NCBI GenBank assembly: GCA_039591795.1
Contig: JBDHCY010000025.1
Coordinates: forward strand, 1 to 51,114
Length of the DNA stretch: 51,114 bases
Reading direction: 5' to 3'
DNA from: Gemmatimonadota bacterium
Lineage (GTDB): Bacteria; Gemmatimonadota; Gemmatimonadetes; Gemmatimonadales; GWC2-71-9
Shown here: positions 21,484 through 30,823 of the stretch, piece by piece
Layout of the letters: every line of letters begins with the position of its first letter
Numbering within the stretch: the stretch's first letter is position 1
The notes under the pieces: generated by a model
Database searches by the model: none
Seen by the model: the letters and a program-made list of their open reading frames with translations, nothing else
Told to the model about the DNA's origin: nothing
Program-made: the position numbers and the translations under genes

Positions 21484-22233
21484 ATGAAAGCCAGAATCCT
21501 TCACTCCCTCGTCGCCGGGGCGGTCCTGCTCAGCACCTCGGCTCTCGCGCAGGACAACAACCTCGCGCGGACCTACACCGTGAAACCCAAGGCCGGGATG
21601 TACCCGCAGTTCGAAGCCGCCTTGCGCGAGCACGCGCAGTGGCGGGCGGCAAACGGTGACCCCTGGATCTGGGGCGTCTACATGCCCGAAACGGGCGCCG
21701 ACTTGGCTCACGTGGTGATCCGTTCGGGGGGACATACCTGGGCCGATTTCGACGCGTACGACCAGAGCTTCAATCAGAAGGGACTCATGCATTGGAACGC
21801 GACGGTCGTTCCCCTCATCGAATCGATCAGCAGCTCAATCTCGGCCGCTGACCTGGAGAACAGCAGCATCCCAACGACCGGAGACGCGCCGGCGTTCGTC
21901 AACGTGACGACCTTCCGCCTTCGTCCCGGCCAAGAGCAGCTGTTCGAGCAGACGGTGAACCAAGCGTCGGCGATCCTCAAGCAGCACGGCTGGACGAACT
22001 TCGTCTGGGCGGCGCCGGTGAGCGGTGATGCGGGCCCCGTGAGGTACCTCGCGACCTTGCATCCGAACTGGGCCGACATGGCGGAGCCCGACCCCAGCTT
22101 TGCCGCGATCCTGATCCAGGAGCTCGGAGAGGAAGGCTTCGCCGCAATGATGAGCACCTTCGGCGAGACGATGCGAGGAGCCGAATCGGCCACGTACCGA
22201 TTCCGCCCCGATCTGTCGGTGATGGGGAATTAG
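21484..22233 (+). CDS. Secreted hypothetical protein, probably two NIPSNAP/ABM-like alpha-beta barrel repeats
   Basis: GGAG SD; signal peptide ending ALA-Q; internal repeat (VKPKAGMYPQFE...HTWADFD versus LRPGQEQLFE...PNWADMA). Confidence 0.8.
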   Translation: MKARILHSLVAGAVLLSTSALAQDNNLARTYTVKPKAGMYPQFEAALREHAQWRAANGDPWIWGVYMPETGADLAHVVIRSGGHTWADFDAYDQSFNQKGLMHWNATVVPLIESISSSISAADLENSSIPTTGDAPAFVNVTTFRLRPGQEQLFEQTVNQASAILKQHGWTNFVWAAPVSGDAGPVRYLATLHPNWADMAEPDPSFAAILIQELGEEGFAAMMSTFGETMRGAESATYRFRPDLSVMGN

Positions 22234-22234
22234 T

Positions 22235-22354
22235 GGAAGATGGTCAAGGACGGACTAGGACGGCCGAGGACGGGCCAGGACGGTGGGAGGTGACTTCCGT
22301 CTCTGACCGTCCTTCACCGTCTTGGACCGTCTTCGTCCGTCCTTGACCATCTCC
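22235..22354. repeat. Palindromic array of 10-bp repeats between convergent genes (likely bidirectional stem-loop)
   Basis: Five GAYGG-core decamers, then six CCRTC-core decamers; outer 18 bp (22238-22255 and 22335-22352) are a perfect inverted repeat. Confidence 0.9.
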
Positions 22355-22356
22355 CC

Positions 22357-23328
22357 CTACCCTCTCCTACTCGGCGCTGGCGGCAACGCATCGACGAACT
22401 CCGCCATCCGTTTACGCATCGCGTCGTCGGGCAGCCGGCCGATGCCGGCGCCAATGTTGTCGACCATGTGCCTTGCCTGACTCGTGGCCGGGGTCACGAC
22501 CGTCACCGCTGGATGGCTCAGCGCATACTTGATGAAGAATTGCGCCCAGCTCTTCGCATCGAACTCCGCCGCCCACTCCGGTAGCTCCTTCCCCTCGACG
22601 CGGGCCCAGAGACGCGACCGGCCGAATGGCACGTACACCAAGACGGCGATGCCCTGGTCGATGGCGAGCGGCAGGATGCGCTCTTCGATGTTGCGGTTGT
22701 CCACGGCGTAGTCGATGCCCATGACATCGATGGGCTCGCCGCGCATGACCTCTTCCAGGTACTCGTAGCCGCGGTCGCTGGTCGTGGTCACACCGATGTA
22801 GCGAATGCGCCCCTCTTGCTTCAATTCCTTGAGGATGCCGAGCTGCGTCGGCACGTCGGCCAGGTTGTGGACCTGGATGAGGTCGATGCTCGAATCGCGC
22901 AGCTTCTCGAACGACGACTCGATCTGTGCCCTGGCGGCTGCGGGGTCCGCCGAGCCCCCGCCGCGGCCGGCCACGTTCACCTTCGTCGCCCAGAAGATCT
23001 TGTCCGTGATGCCCAGCTCGGCCGCGATGGTGCCGGCCGCTTCTTCAGACGTGCCGCGGCCGTAGCTCGGAGCCGTGTCGAACACGCTCGCCCCACCATC
23101 CACCATGGCCTGAAAAACCTCCTTGAGCGGCTCCAAGGTCCCTTCGCGAGCGAGCCGCGAGAAGGTCGCGGAGCTGCCGAGGCCGACCACCGGGAGCATC
23201 TCGCCGCTGGATGGGATGGCGCGCTGCATGAGGCCACCCTCCTGCAACGCCTGGAGGAGGCGCGGATGAATTGCGAGCGCACCAGCAGCGCTCAAGGTGG
23301 TGCCGATCCATTCGCGACGACTGACCAT
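22357..23328 (-). CDS. Aldo/keto reductase with Tat-type signal
   Basis: GGAG SD; MVSRREWIG...ALQA signal; tetrad motifs FDTAPSYG, WATK and IQVHN. Confidence 0.9.
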   Translation of the reverse strand: MVSRREWIGTTLSAAGALAIHPRLLQALQEGGLMQRAIPSSGEMLPVVGLGSSATFSRLAREGTLEPLKEVFQAMVDGGASVFDTAPSYGRGTSEEAAGTIAAELGITDKIFWATKVNVAGRGGGSADPAAARAQIESSFEKLRDSSIDLIQVHNLADVPTQLGILKELKQEGRIRYIGVTTTSDRGYEYLEEVMRGEPIDVMGIDYAVDNRNIEERILPLAIDQGIAVLVYVPFGRSRLWARVEGKELPEWAAEFDAKSWAQFFIKYALSHPAVTVVTPATSQARHMVDNIGAGIGRLPDDAMRKRMAEFVDALPPAPSRRG

Positions 23329-23535
23329 GGTGTTTCTCCAGAAGATGGGGACAGTGGATGCTGGATTCAGGCAACATACGCGCGAGGCGCTCAACATGTT
23401 GAGGGCGTGGAAGTGGGACACTCACGGCGCTGCTTCGGGGACCCTATCTTACGCGCCGACCATCCCTCGCCCTGCGCGGTTCGACCGGTACTTGGCCGGA
23501 TGGACGGACCCAAAACCCATGATCTGGAGAACCAC

Positions 23536-24012
23536 ATGGCCGTCGTTGATTCAGCCGCACTCCATCACACCTGCTTCGTCGTTCGCGATCTCGAGGCGAC
23601 CGCGAGGACGTTGGCAGACAGCCTCGGCATTACCTGGAACGTGTGGACACTGGAGCCCGATGAAGCAACGCTGCGCGGGCGCGCCGTGCAGTTTTCGTTC
23701 AAGGTGGCACTCGGACAGGTCGGCGACTCGATCTACGAGCTGATCGAGCCCAACACCGGTGAAAGCGCCTACGTCGAGCATCTGGCAACGAAGGGAGAAG
23801 GGTTTCATCACACGTGCTTGATCTACTCGACCCGTGAGGCGATGCGCCAAGCCAAAGACGAGTTGGAGCGCCAAGGACGCGAGATGATCCAGCTTGGCAG
23901 CGGTGGGGACCTCTACGAGTTCTGCTACTTCGCGATGCCTGAGATGGGCGGGGCGCTCGAGCTGTTGTTCTTGGGTGGAGAGCTCCCACCTCCCGAGCAG
24001 ACGATCGGGTAG
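23536..24012 (+). CDS. VOC/glyoxalase family protein (methylmalonyl-CoA epimerase-like)
   Basis: GGAG SD; LHHTCFVVRDLE, ELIEP, GEGFHHTC and LEL metal-binding motifs. Confidence 0.88.
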   Translation: MAVVDSAALHHTCFVVRDLEATARTLADSLGITWNVWTLEPDEATLRGRAVQFSFKVALGQVGDSIYELIEPNTGESAYVEHLATKGEGFHHTCLIYSTREAMRQAKDELERQGREMIQLGSGGDLYEFCYFAMPEMGGALELLFLGGELPPPEQTIG

Positions 24013-24156
24013 CGTCATAACGCGTTGTGGGGCGTGCCGCCGAACGCCAAGCGGCACGTCGTGGCACGAGGTGGCCACGACGTGCCGTTCTACACGCTCG
24101 CGCAGGAGAGCTTCGACTGGCTCGACCGCTACCTGGGTCCTCCAATGGCGGCTTGA
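24013..24156 (+). pseudogene. Remnant C-terminus of an alpha/beta-hydrolase
   Basis: Translates GVPPNAKRHVVARGGHDVP...ESFDWLDRYLGP*; no SD-supported start or upstream domain. Confidence 0.55.
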
Positions 24157-24180
24157 CGGTAACGGCAGTCCTTACGGCTG

Positions 24181-26094
24181 CTACGTCGCCTGCCTCCGGA
24201 TCTTGACATACGTGCCGAACCACTCGAGGATCCGCCCCATGAAGTCCAACTCGTGCGCGCGCTCGGTGAGCCCGTGGGGCTCGCGTGGATAGAGCACCAA
24301 CCCTGTCGGCACTCCCAGCACCTTGAGCGTCGTATGAAGCTCCAGCGACTGCTCGGGGTGCACGCGGGTGTCCGACATCCCGTGACCGATCAACGTGGCC
24401 GTCTTCGAGCCTTTGACGTGGGCCAGGGGTGACCGGTCCCACGCGAATCCAGGATCGTCGTGCGGCCAGAGGTCCCAGTGAACGAGCGACATCTCGTAGG
24501 GAATCTCGGTCGTGCCCGTGAACGACGCCCAGTTCGAGATGCCGGCAAAGGTGATCGCTGCTTGGAACCGATCGGTGTGCCTGGTGGCCGCCCACGCCGA
24601 GAAATAGCCACCGTACGACGTACCGCTGATACCGACTCGATTGGGGTCGACGAGCCCCTGCTCCGCCAGATGGTCGATACCCGCGATCACGTCGTCGAAC
24701 TCTTTGCCACCGAGATCGCGATGGTCGCCCTTGGAGAACGCCACGCCGCGGCCGCCGCTTCCGCGGTAGTTGGGCAGCAACACGGCGTAGCCCTCCGCCG
24801 CCAGCAGCTGGGGCTCGCCAAGTGGACGGACGAGCACCCCCTCGATGCGCCAGCCGTCGACGCTGGTCCACGAGATCGTCTCCTGCCTCGCGAGCTCCAC
24901 GCCGGCGAGGTAGGGATTGTGCTCCGTCACGCGTCGGAGTCCGTCGCTTCCGGCACCGACGAAGACCTCTCCGGGATGCTGCGAGGTGTTCCCAGACGCG
25001 GCGAAGGTCCGACTCCGGGCGTCGAAGCTCACGCTCGTGAAGATCTCGGGGCCGCCACCCGCCACTCGCGTGATGGTGCCGCCTCGCGCCGGCACGCGGT
25101 TGAGCACCGTGCGCGTGCCTTCCCCGGCCACGAATGCCACGGTCTCCCGGTCGAGCCAGCGAATCGACAACGCGCTTCCCTGATAGTCCGGTGTCACATT
25201 CGTGGCGGTCCCACCCGTGGCAGCGACCACGAAGACGCTCTGTGCCAACGGATCATTCCGCGACGTGGCGCTCGCAAAGGCCAGATGGGCGACATCGGGC
25301 GACCAAGCCATCCCACCGAGCTTCCCCCATGTCTCGGTCAAGGGCTCGAGCGCTCCGCCCGTTGCTGCGACGGTGTACAGCTTGCGATCCATGTACCCCT
25401 CGTCGACCGAGGTGCCCGCCGTGACCTGCAGGGCAAAGCGCTCGCCGTCGGGTGCCCATGCAAACGACCGCACGGTGCGCCCGTCGGGCGTGATCGCGCG
25501 GGCATTGCCTCCGCTCAGCGGCTGCACCCATAGGCGGACATGTCGCTCACCCTCGCCTGCGACCACCGCGTCGAATCCGCGCTTCCGCCGCTCGAGCACC
25601 TCCGGTGGCACGGGCATCCGAGTCGTGTACGCGACGGCACTCCCGTCGGGAGCCCAGGCGTAGGCGAACACGCCCGTCGGCGACTGGGTCATCAGCCGCC
25701 GATCGCCACCTTCCGCGGGCACCCCATAGACCTGTGTCTGTTGGTGGTCCTCCAATCGAGCGGTGAACGTCAGGAGCCGCCCGTCGGGCGACCACCGAGG
25801 TGAGAACGCGCTCAACGGACGCCGAATGACCGCCCTCGGCTCTCCGCCCGCTGCCGGCACGACCCACAGCTCCGTGTATCGGCGTCCGACGGGATCATCG
25901 GCGGTGCGCGGCTTCGAAAGGCTAAAGGCCACCAGGTCGCCGTCGGGGCTCAACGCCACCGAGGTCACCTGTTCCAGCGCCACCACCTGCTCCGGTGTGA
26001 TGCTTTGCCCGACTGCGGCAGTTGTCGGGAGCGCTGCGGCAACGAGCACCGCCACCACTGCCGTCCACCGCTGAGATCTATGCGTGACGTGCAT
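24181..26094 (-). CDS. S9 family peptidase, secreted; apparent ~31-aa in-frame deletion removing HGGP
   Basis: AGGAGG SD; signal peptide; WSPDG repeats; PNYRGS, GTSYGG, DTRV and EPHG present; HGGP segment absent. Confidence 0.88.
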   Translation of the reverse strand: MHVTHRSQRWTAVVAVLVAAALPTTAAVGQSITPEQVVALEQVTSVALSPDGDLVAFSLSKPRTADDPVGRRYTELWVVPAAGGEPRAVIRRPLSAFSPRWSPDGRLLTFTARLEDHQQTQVYGVPAEGGDRRLMTQSPTGVFAYAWAPDGSAVAYTTRMPVPPEVLERRKRGFDAVVAGEGERHVRLWVQPLSGGNARAITPDGRTVRSFAWAPDGERFALQVTAGTSVDEGYMDRKLYTVAATGGALEPLTETWGKLGGMAWSPDVAHLAFASATSRNDPLAQSVFVVAATGGTATNVTPDYQGSALSIRWLDRETVAFVAGEGTRTVLNRVPARGGTITRVAGGGPEIFTSVSFDARSRTFAASGNTSQHPGEVFVGAGSDGLRRVTEHNPYLAGVELARQETISWTSVDGWRIEGVLVRPLGEPQLLAAEGYAVLLPNYRGSGGRGVAFSKGDHRDLGGKEFDDVIAGIDHLAEQGLVDPNRVGISGTSYGGYFSAWAATRHTDRFQAAITFAGISNWASFTGTTEIPYEMSLVHWDLWPHDDPGFAWDRSPLAHVKGSKTATLIGHGMSDTRVHPEQSLELHTTLKVLGVPTGLVLYPREPHGLTERAHELDFMGRILEWFGTYVKIRRQAT

Positions 26095-26159
26095 GAGAAT
26101 TCCTCCTTGTATGCGACCAAAACTGACACCAATGGCACTGCACGACAAGCCGACGGTTG

Positions 26160-26238
26160 GGCGATTTGCGATTGACCGTTCTGGATTAGTCGGGACGCGG
26201 ATTAGCGATTGTCGGCCTGCGATCGCAGATTGGTGATC
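26160..26238. repeat. Degenerate 7-bp periodic tract (GCGATT-like)
   Basis: GATY at 26163, 26170, 26184, 26200, 26207, 26221, 26228 and 26235. Confidence 0.4.
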
Positions 26239-26293
26239 GGGTGGTGAGGGACCACGCCAACCGCCCGTTGCCCGTCATCCGAGGAGCGTTGTC

Positions 26294-28327
26294 ATGTCGG
26301 CCCGTTTTGCCCTGTTCTTCCTGCTCAGTGCCACCGTCAGCACCTCGAGGCTCCCGGCCCAGGCCAGCGCGATTCCCGGACCCTCGTTTGAAGACATGCT
26401 CGACCTGCAGGACATCGGGAGTGCCGTCGTCTCGCCCGACGGCCGTGCCATCGCCTACACCGTGCGCTCGACCGAATGGGACGACAACCGCTTCGACACC
26501 GAGATCTGGCTCGTCCGCCCTGGGGAGGAGCCGATCCAGCTCACACGTACCGCCAAGGGAAGCAGCACGAGTCCGGCCTGGTCGCCTGACGGGCGCTGGC
26601 TTGCCTTTGCCGCCGACCGGGGCGACAAACGACAGATCTACCTGATCAATCCACGGGGCGGCGAGGCCTGGGCGCTCACGGAGAGTGAAGGAGTCGGGAG
26701 CTTCGCCTGGGCGCCCGACGGACGGCGGATCGCCTTCACCCAGACTGAACCGGAGAACGACGCCGACAAGAAACGGAAAGAGCGCTTCGGGGCATATGCC
26801 GTCGAGGACGAAGAATACCGTCTGAGCCATCTATGGCTGGTCGCCGTCCCCGACAGGCCCGAGCTCGCCGAAGCCGAACGGCTGACCGAGGGCGACACGT
26901 TCACCGTGTCGGGGCTCGAGTGGTCTCCCGATGGAAGTCGCATCGCGTTCGGTCACCGCCCCGATCCGCTCATCAACTCGTGGATGAGCGCCGACATTTC
27001 GATCCTCAATGTCGAGACGCAGGAAATCACCCCGCTCGTGACGGCGCCCGGCCCGCAGAGCAATCCGACCTGGTCACCAGACGGGGAGTGGATCGCCTAC
27101 CAGGCCTCAACGACCGACTCGACTGCGGTGTTCTACACCAATGGCTTGTTCTTCAAGATCCCTGCAGGTGGTGGGTCCGCTACTCGCCTGGCCGCCAACC
27201 TCGACGAGGATCCGTTCATCACGGCGTGGACGCCGAGCGGGCTCTATCTCGTGGGCTGGGAGCGGACTACGCGTCGGGTGTACCGCGTAGACCCGAGCTC
27301 CGGGGAGGCGCGGGTAGTGGAGAACCTGCCCGACCAGACCTGGGGAATCCACTTCACGCCGGATGGCAGGACGGCCGCATTCGTCGGGCGTACGCCAATC
27401 ACGCTGGACGAGGTGTATCTGACCTCCGTCGACCCGGTGCGGCCCGAGCGGCTCACGAACATGACCGCACAGATCGACGGCTGGGAGCTCGGGGCCAGCG
27501 AGGTCGTGTCGTGGGAGAGTCAGGATGGCACGCGTATCGAAGGGGTGCTACACAAGCCCGATGGCTTCGACCCGAGCCAGCAGTATCCACTGTTCGTCGT
27601 CATCCACGGTGGTCCGACGGGGATCGACTACCCAACCGCGGTAACAGGCTACGTCTACCCGGTGCACCAATGGCTGGCCAAGGGCGCACTTATCCTGCGG
27701 CCCAATTACCGCGGTTCCGCCGGATACGGCGAGGCGTTCCGCTCGCTCAACGTGCGCAACCTCGGTGTCGGCGACGCGTGGGACGTGCTGTCGGGAGTCA
27801 GTCATCTCGTGGGGCAAGGGATCGTCGATACGACACGGATGGCGGCGATGGGCTGGAGCCAGGGCGGCTACATCTCGGCATTTCTCACGACGACGTCAGA
27901 TCGTTTCGCAGCGATTTCCGTGGGCGCCGGGATCTCGAACTGGATGACATACTACGTGAACACGGACATCCATCCGTTTACGCGCCAGTACCTGAAGGCC
28001 ACGCCGTGGTCGGATCAGGAGATCTACGCTCGTACGTCGCCGATGACGTTCATCACCCAGGCCTCCACGCCGACCCTGATCCAGCATGGCGAATTCGACC
28101 GCCGCGTGCCCATTCCCAATGCGTACGAGTTGTATCAGGGGCTCCAAGACGTCGGTGTCGAGACACGGCTGATCGTGTACAAGGGGTTCGGGCACGGCAT
28201 CACGAAGCCGAAGGAGCGACTGGCCGCCATGTGGCACAACTGGCAGTGGTTCGGGAAGTATCTGTGGGGCGAGGAGATCGAGTTGCCGGTCGAGGTGGAC
28301 GTCGTGGCGACGGGAGGCACTAGGTGA
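26294..28327 (+). CDS. S9 family peptidase, secreted
   Basis: GAGGAG SD; signal peptide; WSPDG repeats; IHGGP, PNYRGS, GWSQGG, DRRV and GFGH. Confidence 0.95.
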   Translation: MSARFALFFLLSATVSTSRLPAQASAIPGPSFEDMLDLQDIGSAVVSPDGRAIAYTVRSTEWDDNRFDTEIWLVRPGEEPIQLTRTAKGSSTSPAWSPDGRWLAFAADRGDKRQIYLINPRGGEAWALTESEGVGSFAWAPDGRRIAFTQTEPENDADKKRKERFGAYAVEDEEYRLSHLWLVAVPDRPELAEAERLTEGDTFTVSGLEWSPDGSRIAFGHRPDPLINSWMSADISILNVETQEITPLVTAPGPQSNPTWSPDGEWIAYQASTTDSTAVFYTNGLFFKIPAGGGSATRLAANLDEDPFITAWTPSGLYLVGWERTTRRVYRVDPSSGEARVVENLPDQTWGIHFTPDGRTAAFVGRTPITLDEVYLTSVDPVRPERLTNMTAQIDGWELGASEVVSWESQDGTRIEGVLHKPDGFDPSQQYPLFVVIHGGPTGIDYPTAVTGYVYPVHQWLAKGALILRPNYRGSAGYGEAFRSLNVRNLGVGDAWDVLSGVSHLVGQGIVDTTRMAAMGWSQGGYISAFLTTTSDRFAAISVGAGISNWMTYYVNTDIHPFTRQYLKATPWSDQEIYARTSPMTFITQASTPTLIQHGEFDRRVPIPNAYELYQGLQDVGVETRLIVYKGFGHGITKPKERLAAMWHNWQWFGKYLWGEEIELPVEVDVVATGGTR

Positions 28328-28330
28328 GGA

Positions 28331-28380
28331 GACCGTCTTCGTCCGTCCTCGACCGTCCTGGTCCGTCTTAGACCGTCTTC
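28331..28380. repeat. Five tandem 10-bp repeats (GWCCGTCYTN)
   Basis: gaccgtcttc gtccgtcctc gaccgtcctg gtccgtctta gaccgtcttc; first 19 nt identical to 22325-22343. Confidence 0.9.
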
Positions 28381-28384
28381 GACA

Positions 28385-29050
28385 ATGCCCCCCCACCCCC
28401 CCACCAACTCCGACCTCCGCGACGTCATGGAGCGCGTGCGGACCTACGTGCTCTTTGGGCTCCTGCTCTTCTATTTCTTCGCGCTTACCGGCGGCGCGCT
28501 CATGATGATAGGGGCCATCCCGAACGGGCTGGTCGGTTGGCTCTTGTTGCTCCTCATCGTGGTGGTGCTGACGCTGGTGCTGGGCGCGCTGACCCTGTGG
28601 ATCGCGGACGGCACGGGTGGGCTCGTCGCCCGGATCCTCCTGGCCGGTGGGGAGACCTCGGCAGAGCCATCGTTCTCCTATGAGGAATCGCTGATCGTGC
28701 GCGGGAGGCTGGACGACGCCGAGCGCGCTTTCGAAAGACGCTGCCTCGACAATCCGAAAGACGGCGAAGCCCGCATCCGCCGGGCGGACTTCTACGAGCG
28801 TGTCAAGAAGGACACCACGCGGGCAGAGCGCTTCTATCGGGAGGCCCGCCACCTCGGCCTGCCGCCGTCTCGTGAGCTCTACGTCTCGCTCTGCCTGGCG
28901 GACCTGTGTCGGCACGCGGGTCGCACCGAGGCGTTGAAGCGCGAGTTGCAAGCCATCGTCGACCGGCACGGCGGCTCCGCTTCCGGGCAGTCGGCTCAGG
29001 CGGAGCTGGACGACCTGAACGGAGCGCCCAGAGACGCCGAGTCCGGCTAG
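28385..29050 (+). CDS. Membrane protein, two N-terminal TM helices plus TPR-like helical domain (start may be 28427)
   Basis: Two long hydrophobic segments; GRLDDAERAFE...PKDGEARIRRADFY is a TPR-like pattern. Confidence 0.75.
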   Translation: MPPHPPTNSDLRDVMERVRTYVLFGLLLFYFFALTGGALMMIGAIPNGLVGWLLLLLIVVVLTLVLGALTLWIADGTGGLVARILLAGGETSAEPSFSYEESLIVRGRLDDAERAFERRCLDNPKDGEARIRRADFYERVKKDTTRAERFYREARHLGLPPSRELYVSLCLADLCRHAGRTEALKRELQAIVDRHGGSASGQSAQAELDDLNGAPRDAESG

Positions 29051-29145
29051 CGCGGTTCAGCTCGAAACAGGGCCCTGACTCCGGAACTTGGCGAAGCGGC
29101 AACTCCTGGCGATCTTCCAGTGCGCCTCTTGCCTCGGATGACACA

Positions 29146-30795
29146 ATGACGGTGCGGTCGATGGGGATTCGGTCGGTTTCGGTTTTCGTCCTGCTGGTGG
29201 CCACCGCCGCGTGGGTGAGCAACGCTCCGCAGGCCCCGCCTCCCAAGCTCGTCGTCGTGGTGACGGTCGATCAGATGCGGGCCGAGATGCTCGAGCGCTT
29301 CGCTCCGCATTTCTCCGGCGGCTTCGCGCGCCTCCTTCGGGGTGCGATCTTCACCGATGGACACCACGATCACGCTGCCACCGTGACGGCGACCGGCCAT
29401 GCCACGATCGGCACGGGGGTGTTCCCGAGTAAGCACGGCATCGTGGGCAACGAGTACTACGACCGCATCGCGCAGCAGCCGATGTACTGCGCCGGCGACT
29501 CCACTGCATCGATCTTGGGATATGAGGGTGCGCCCGGGCGGTCACCACGCAACCTGCTCCGCCCGACTCTTGGCGACTGGCTGAAGAGTGCCTCACCGGA
29601 GAGCAAGGTGTACGGCCTCGCGATCAAAGACCGCTCCGCCATCCTCACCGCCGGGCTCCACGCCGACGGCGCCTACTGGTATCACTATCCGGTTGGTCGA
29701 TTCGTCACGTCTTCGTTCTACGCGGACAGCTATCCCGAGTGGGTTCAAGCGTTCAACGAGAGCGGCCTGGTTGATCAGTACCACGGCCGGGAGTGGCACA
29801 AGCTGCTGAGCGACGAGAGTTACGTAGCCTCCCGCGAGGACTCGTTCCCCGCTGAGGCGGACGGGGAACACACGACGTTCCCGCACGTCGCCGGTCAAGA
29901 CAGCGAGAGCCCCGACCGAGATTTCTACAACGAGCTGCCTTACACGCCGTTCGGTGACGAGGTCACCCTCACCTTCGCCCGCGAGCTCGTCACCAACGAA
30001 GCGCTCGGCACGGACGACGTGCCGGACATCCTGTTCTTGGGCCTGTCATCGGCCGACTTCATCGGGCACCGCTTCGGCCCCTATTCGCAAGAAGTCCAGG
30101 ATCACTTCGTGCACGTGGACCGCGCTCTCGAAGAGTTCTTCGCGTTTCTGGACGAGCACGTTGGACCAGACCAATACGTCGTAGCGCTCAGCGCCGACCA
30201 TGGCGTGCTCGCGATGCCGGAGGAGCTCACGCGTCGAGGAGTCGATGCCGGTCGTCTCGACTCGCGGACGATCTTCGGCGGTCTGCGCGAGTCCGTGGTG
30301 GCAGCGATGGAAGATTCGTTGATTATCGCGACGCCCCGACTCCGGTACATGAACGGCATCGTGATCTCGTTTGCCGATAGCGCGCCCGAGGCGGACGCCC
30401 TCACCGAGCTGCGCGAGCGCGTCGCCCGGGGGCTCGAAGCGAACGAGATGATCGTGAATGCGTTCACGCTCGAGGCGTTGGCGGCCGCTGACGTCGAGGC
30501 GGCCGAGCCTGTCGGGCGATTCCGGCGGAGCTTCCACCCCGACCGCTCGGCCGACGTCGCGGTGCACCTGAGGGAGAACTACATGTTGGGCTCCCGAGGA
30601 GCGACCCACGGATCGGCACACGACTACGACACGCACGTGCCGATCGTGTTCATGGGGCCGGGCATCGCAGCCGGGAGCTTCAACGACCGAGTGCGCACTG
30701 TGGACATGGCACCCACATTGGCATCGCTACTCGGTCTGGCGCCCCCGGCCGATCTCGACGGGCGGGTGCTGAGCAGTGCGTTGACTGGCCAGTAG
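29146..30795 (+). CDS. Alkaline phosphatase family (PafA/nucleotide pyrophosphatase-like); start 29146 or 29161
   Basis: VTVDQMR, Thr nucleophile VTATGHATIGTG, AIKDRSA, DFIGH, SADHG, THGS. Confidence 0.9.
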   Translation: MTVRSMGIRSVSVFVLLVATAAWVSNAPQAPPPKLVVVVTVDQMRAEMLERFAPHFSGGFARLLRGAIFTDGHHDHAATVTATGHATIGTGVFPSKHGIVGNEYYDRIAQQPMYCAGDSTASILGYEGAPGRSPRNLLRPTLGDWLKSASPESKVYGLAIKDRSAILTAGLHADGAYWYHYPVGRFVTSSFYADSYPEWVQAFNESGLVDQYHGREWHKLLSDESYVASREDSFPAEADGEHTTFPHVAGQDSESPDRDFYNELPYTPFGDEVTLTFARELVTNEALGTDDVPDILFLGLSSADFIGHRFGPYSQEVQDHFVHVDRALEEFFAFLDEHVGPDQYVVALSADHGVLAMPEELTRRGVDAGRLDSRTIFGGLRESVVAAMEDSLIIATPRLRYMNGIVISFADSAPEADALTELRERVARGLEANEMIVNAFTLEALAAADVEAAEPVGRFRRSFHPDRSADVAVHLRENYMLGSRGATHGSAHDYDTHVPIVFMGPGIAAGSFNDRVRTVDMAPTLASLLGLAPPADLDGRVLSSALTGQ

Positions 30796-30823
30796 TCGGC
30801 GCGGGAGGACGAGCTCGGGACCC

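Noticed and set aside
22235-22354. CRISPR array
   Set aside because: Units are 10 bp with no spacers, the arms are inverted, and there are no cas genes.
28388-28406. C-rich tract as a G-quadruplex or phase-variation site
   Set aside because: Short interrupted runs, probably upstream of the true start; no further support.
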